Positions 63,900 to 64,000 of a stretch of 64,000 nucleotides of DNA are shown here, piece by piece. The DNA is from Balanoglossus misakiensis (taxonomy: Eukaryota > Animalia > Hemichordata). The stretch lies in contig CM082590.2 of NCBI GenBank assembly GCA_040954595.2, positions 6,014,001 through 6,078,000 on the forward strand, read 5' to 3'. Both the position numbers and the translations under genes were made by a program. Positions within the stretch are counted from its first letter, which is position 1, and each line of letters opens with the position of its first letter. The notes under the pieces are model-generated. The model saw only the letters and a list, made by a program, of their open reading frames with translations, had not been told where the DNA came from and made no database searches.

Positions 63900-64000
63900 T
63901 AAGCGCTTACGGTTAACTACTATAAAAATGAGGCATTCTAACGGATAGAAAGCAGCTTGTCTACGTCAACCGTGACCCTGTGGCTGATCACAACGGAAAC

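Overview
AT-rich, intron-rich, repeat-laden eukaryotic (invertebrate animal-like) DNA; the species cannot be fixed from sequence alone. The main gene (+) is a spliced, kinase-less Roco-family gene: join(8154..8183,9999..10115,11599..11697,16009..16107,19073..19171,22212..22310,25636..25677,26870..26935,27607..30819), about 1287 aa, with an ankyrin array followed by LRR-ROC-COR and a C-terminal domain. Three ankyrin repeats are single 99-nt phase-0 exons, each inside a ~3-kb tandemly duplicated unit. Those exons differ more than the intron stretch I compared, almost only at ligand-contact codons, which resembles a diversifying innate-immune receptor cassette. A paralogue starts at 62131, with the promoter and a candidate alternative first exon conserved. 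A second gene (+; 40245..40315, 41631..42032, 43090..43500) encodes a signal peptide and two paralogous Cys-containing Thr/Gly-rich domains. The rest is a 5'-truncated LINE, a 2.5-kb foldback element with a 7-bp TSD, several MITE families, a 1621-bp tandem triplication and older duplications that may be decayed LRR-receptor genes.
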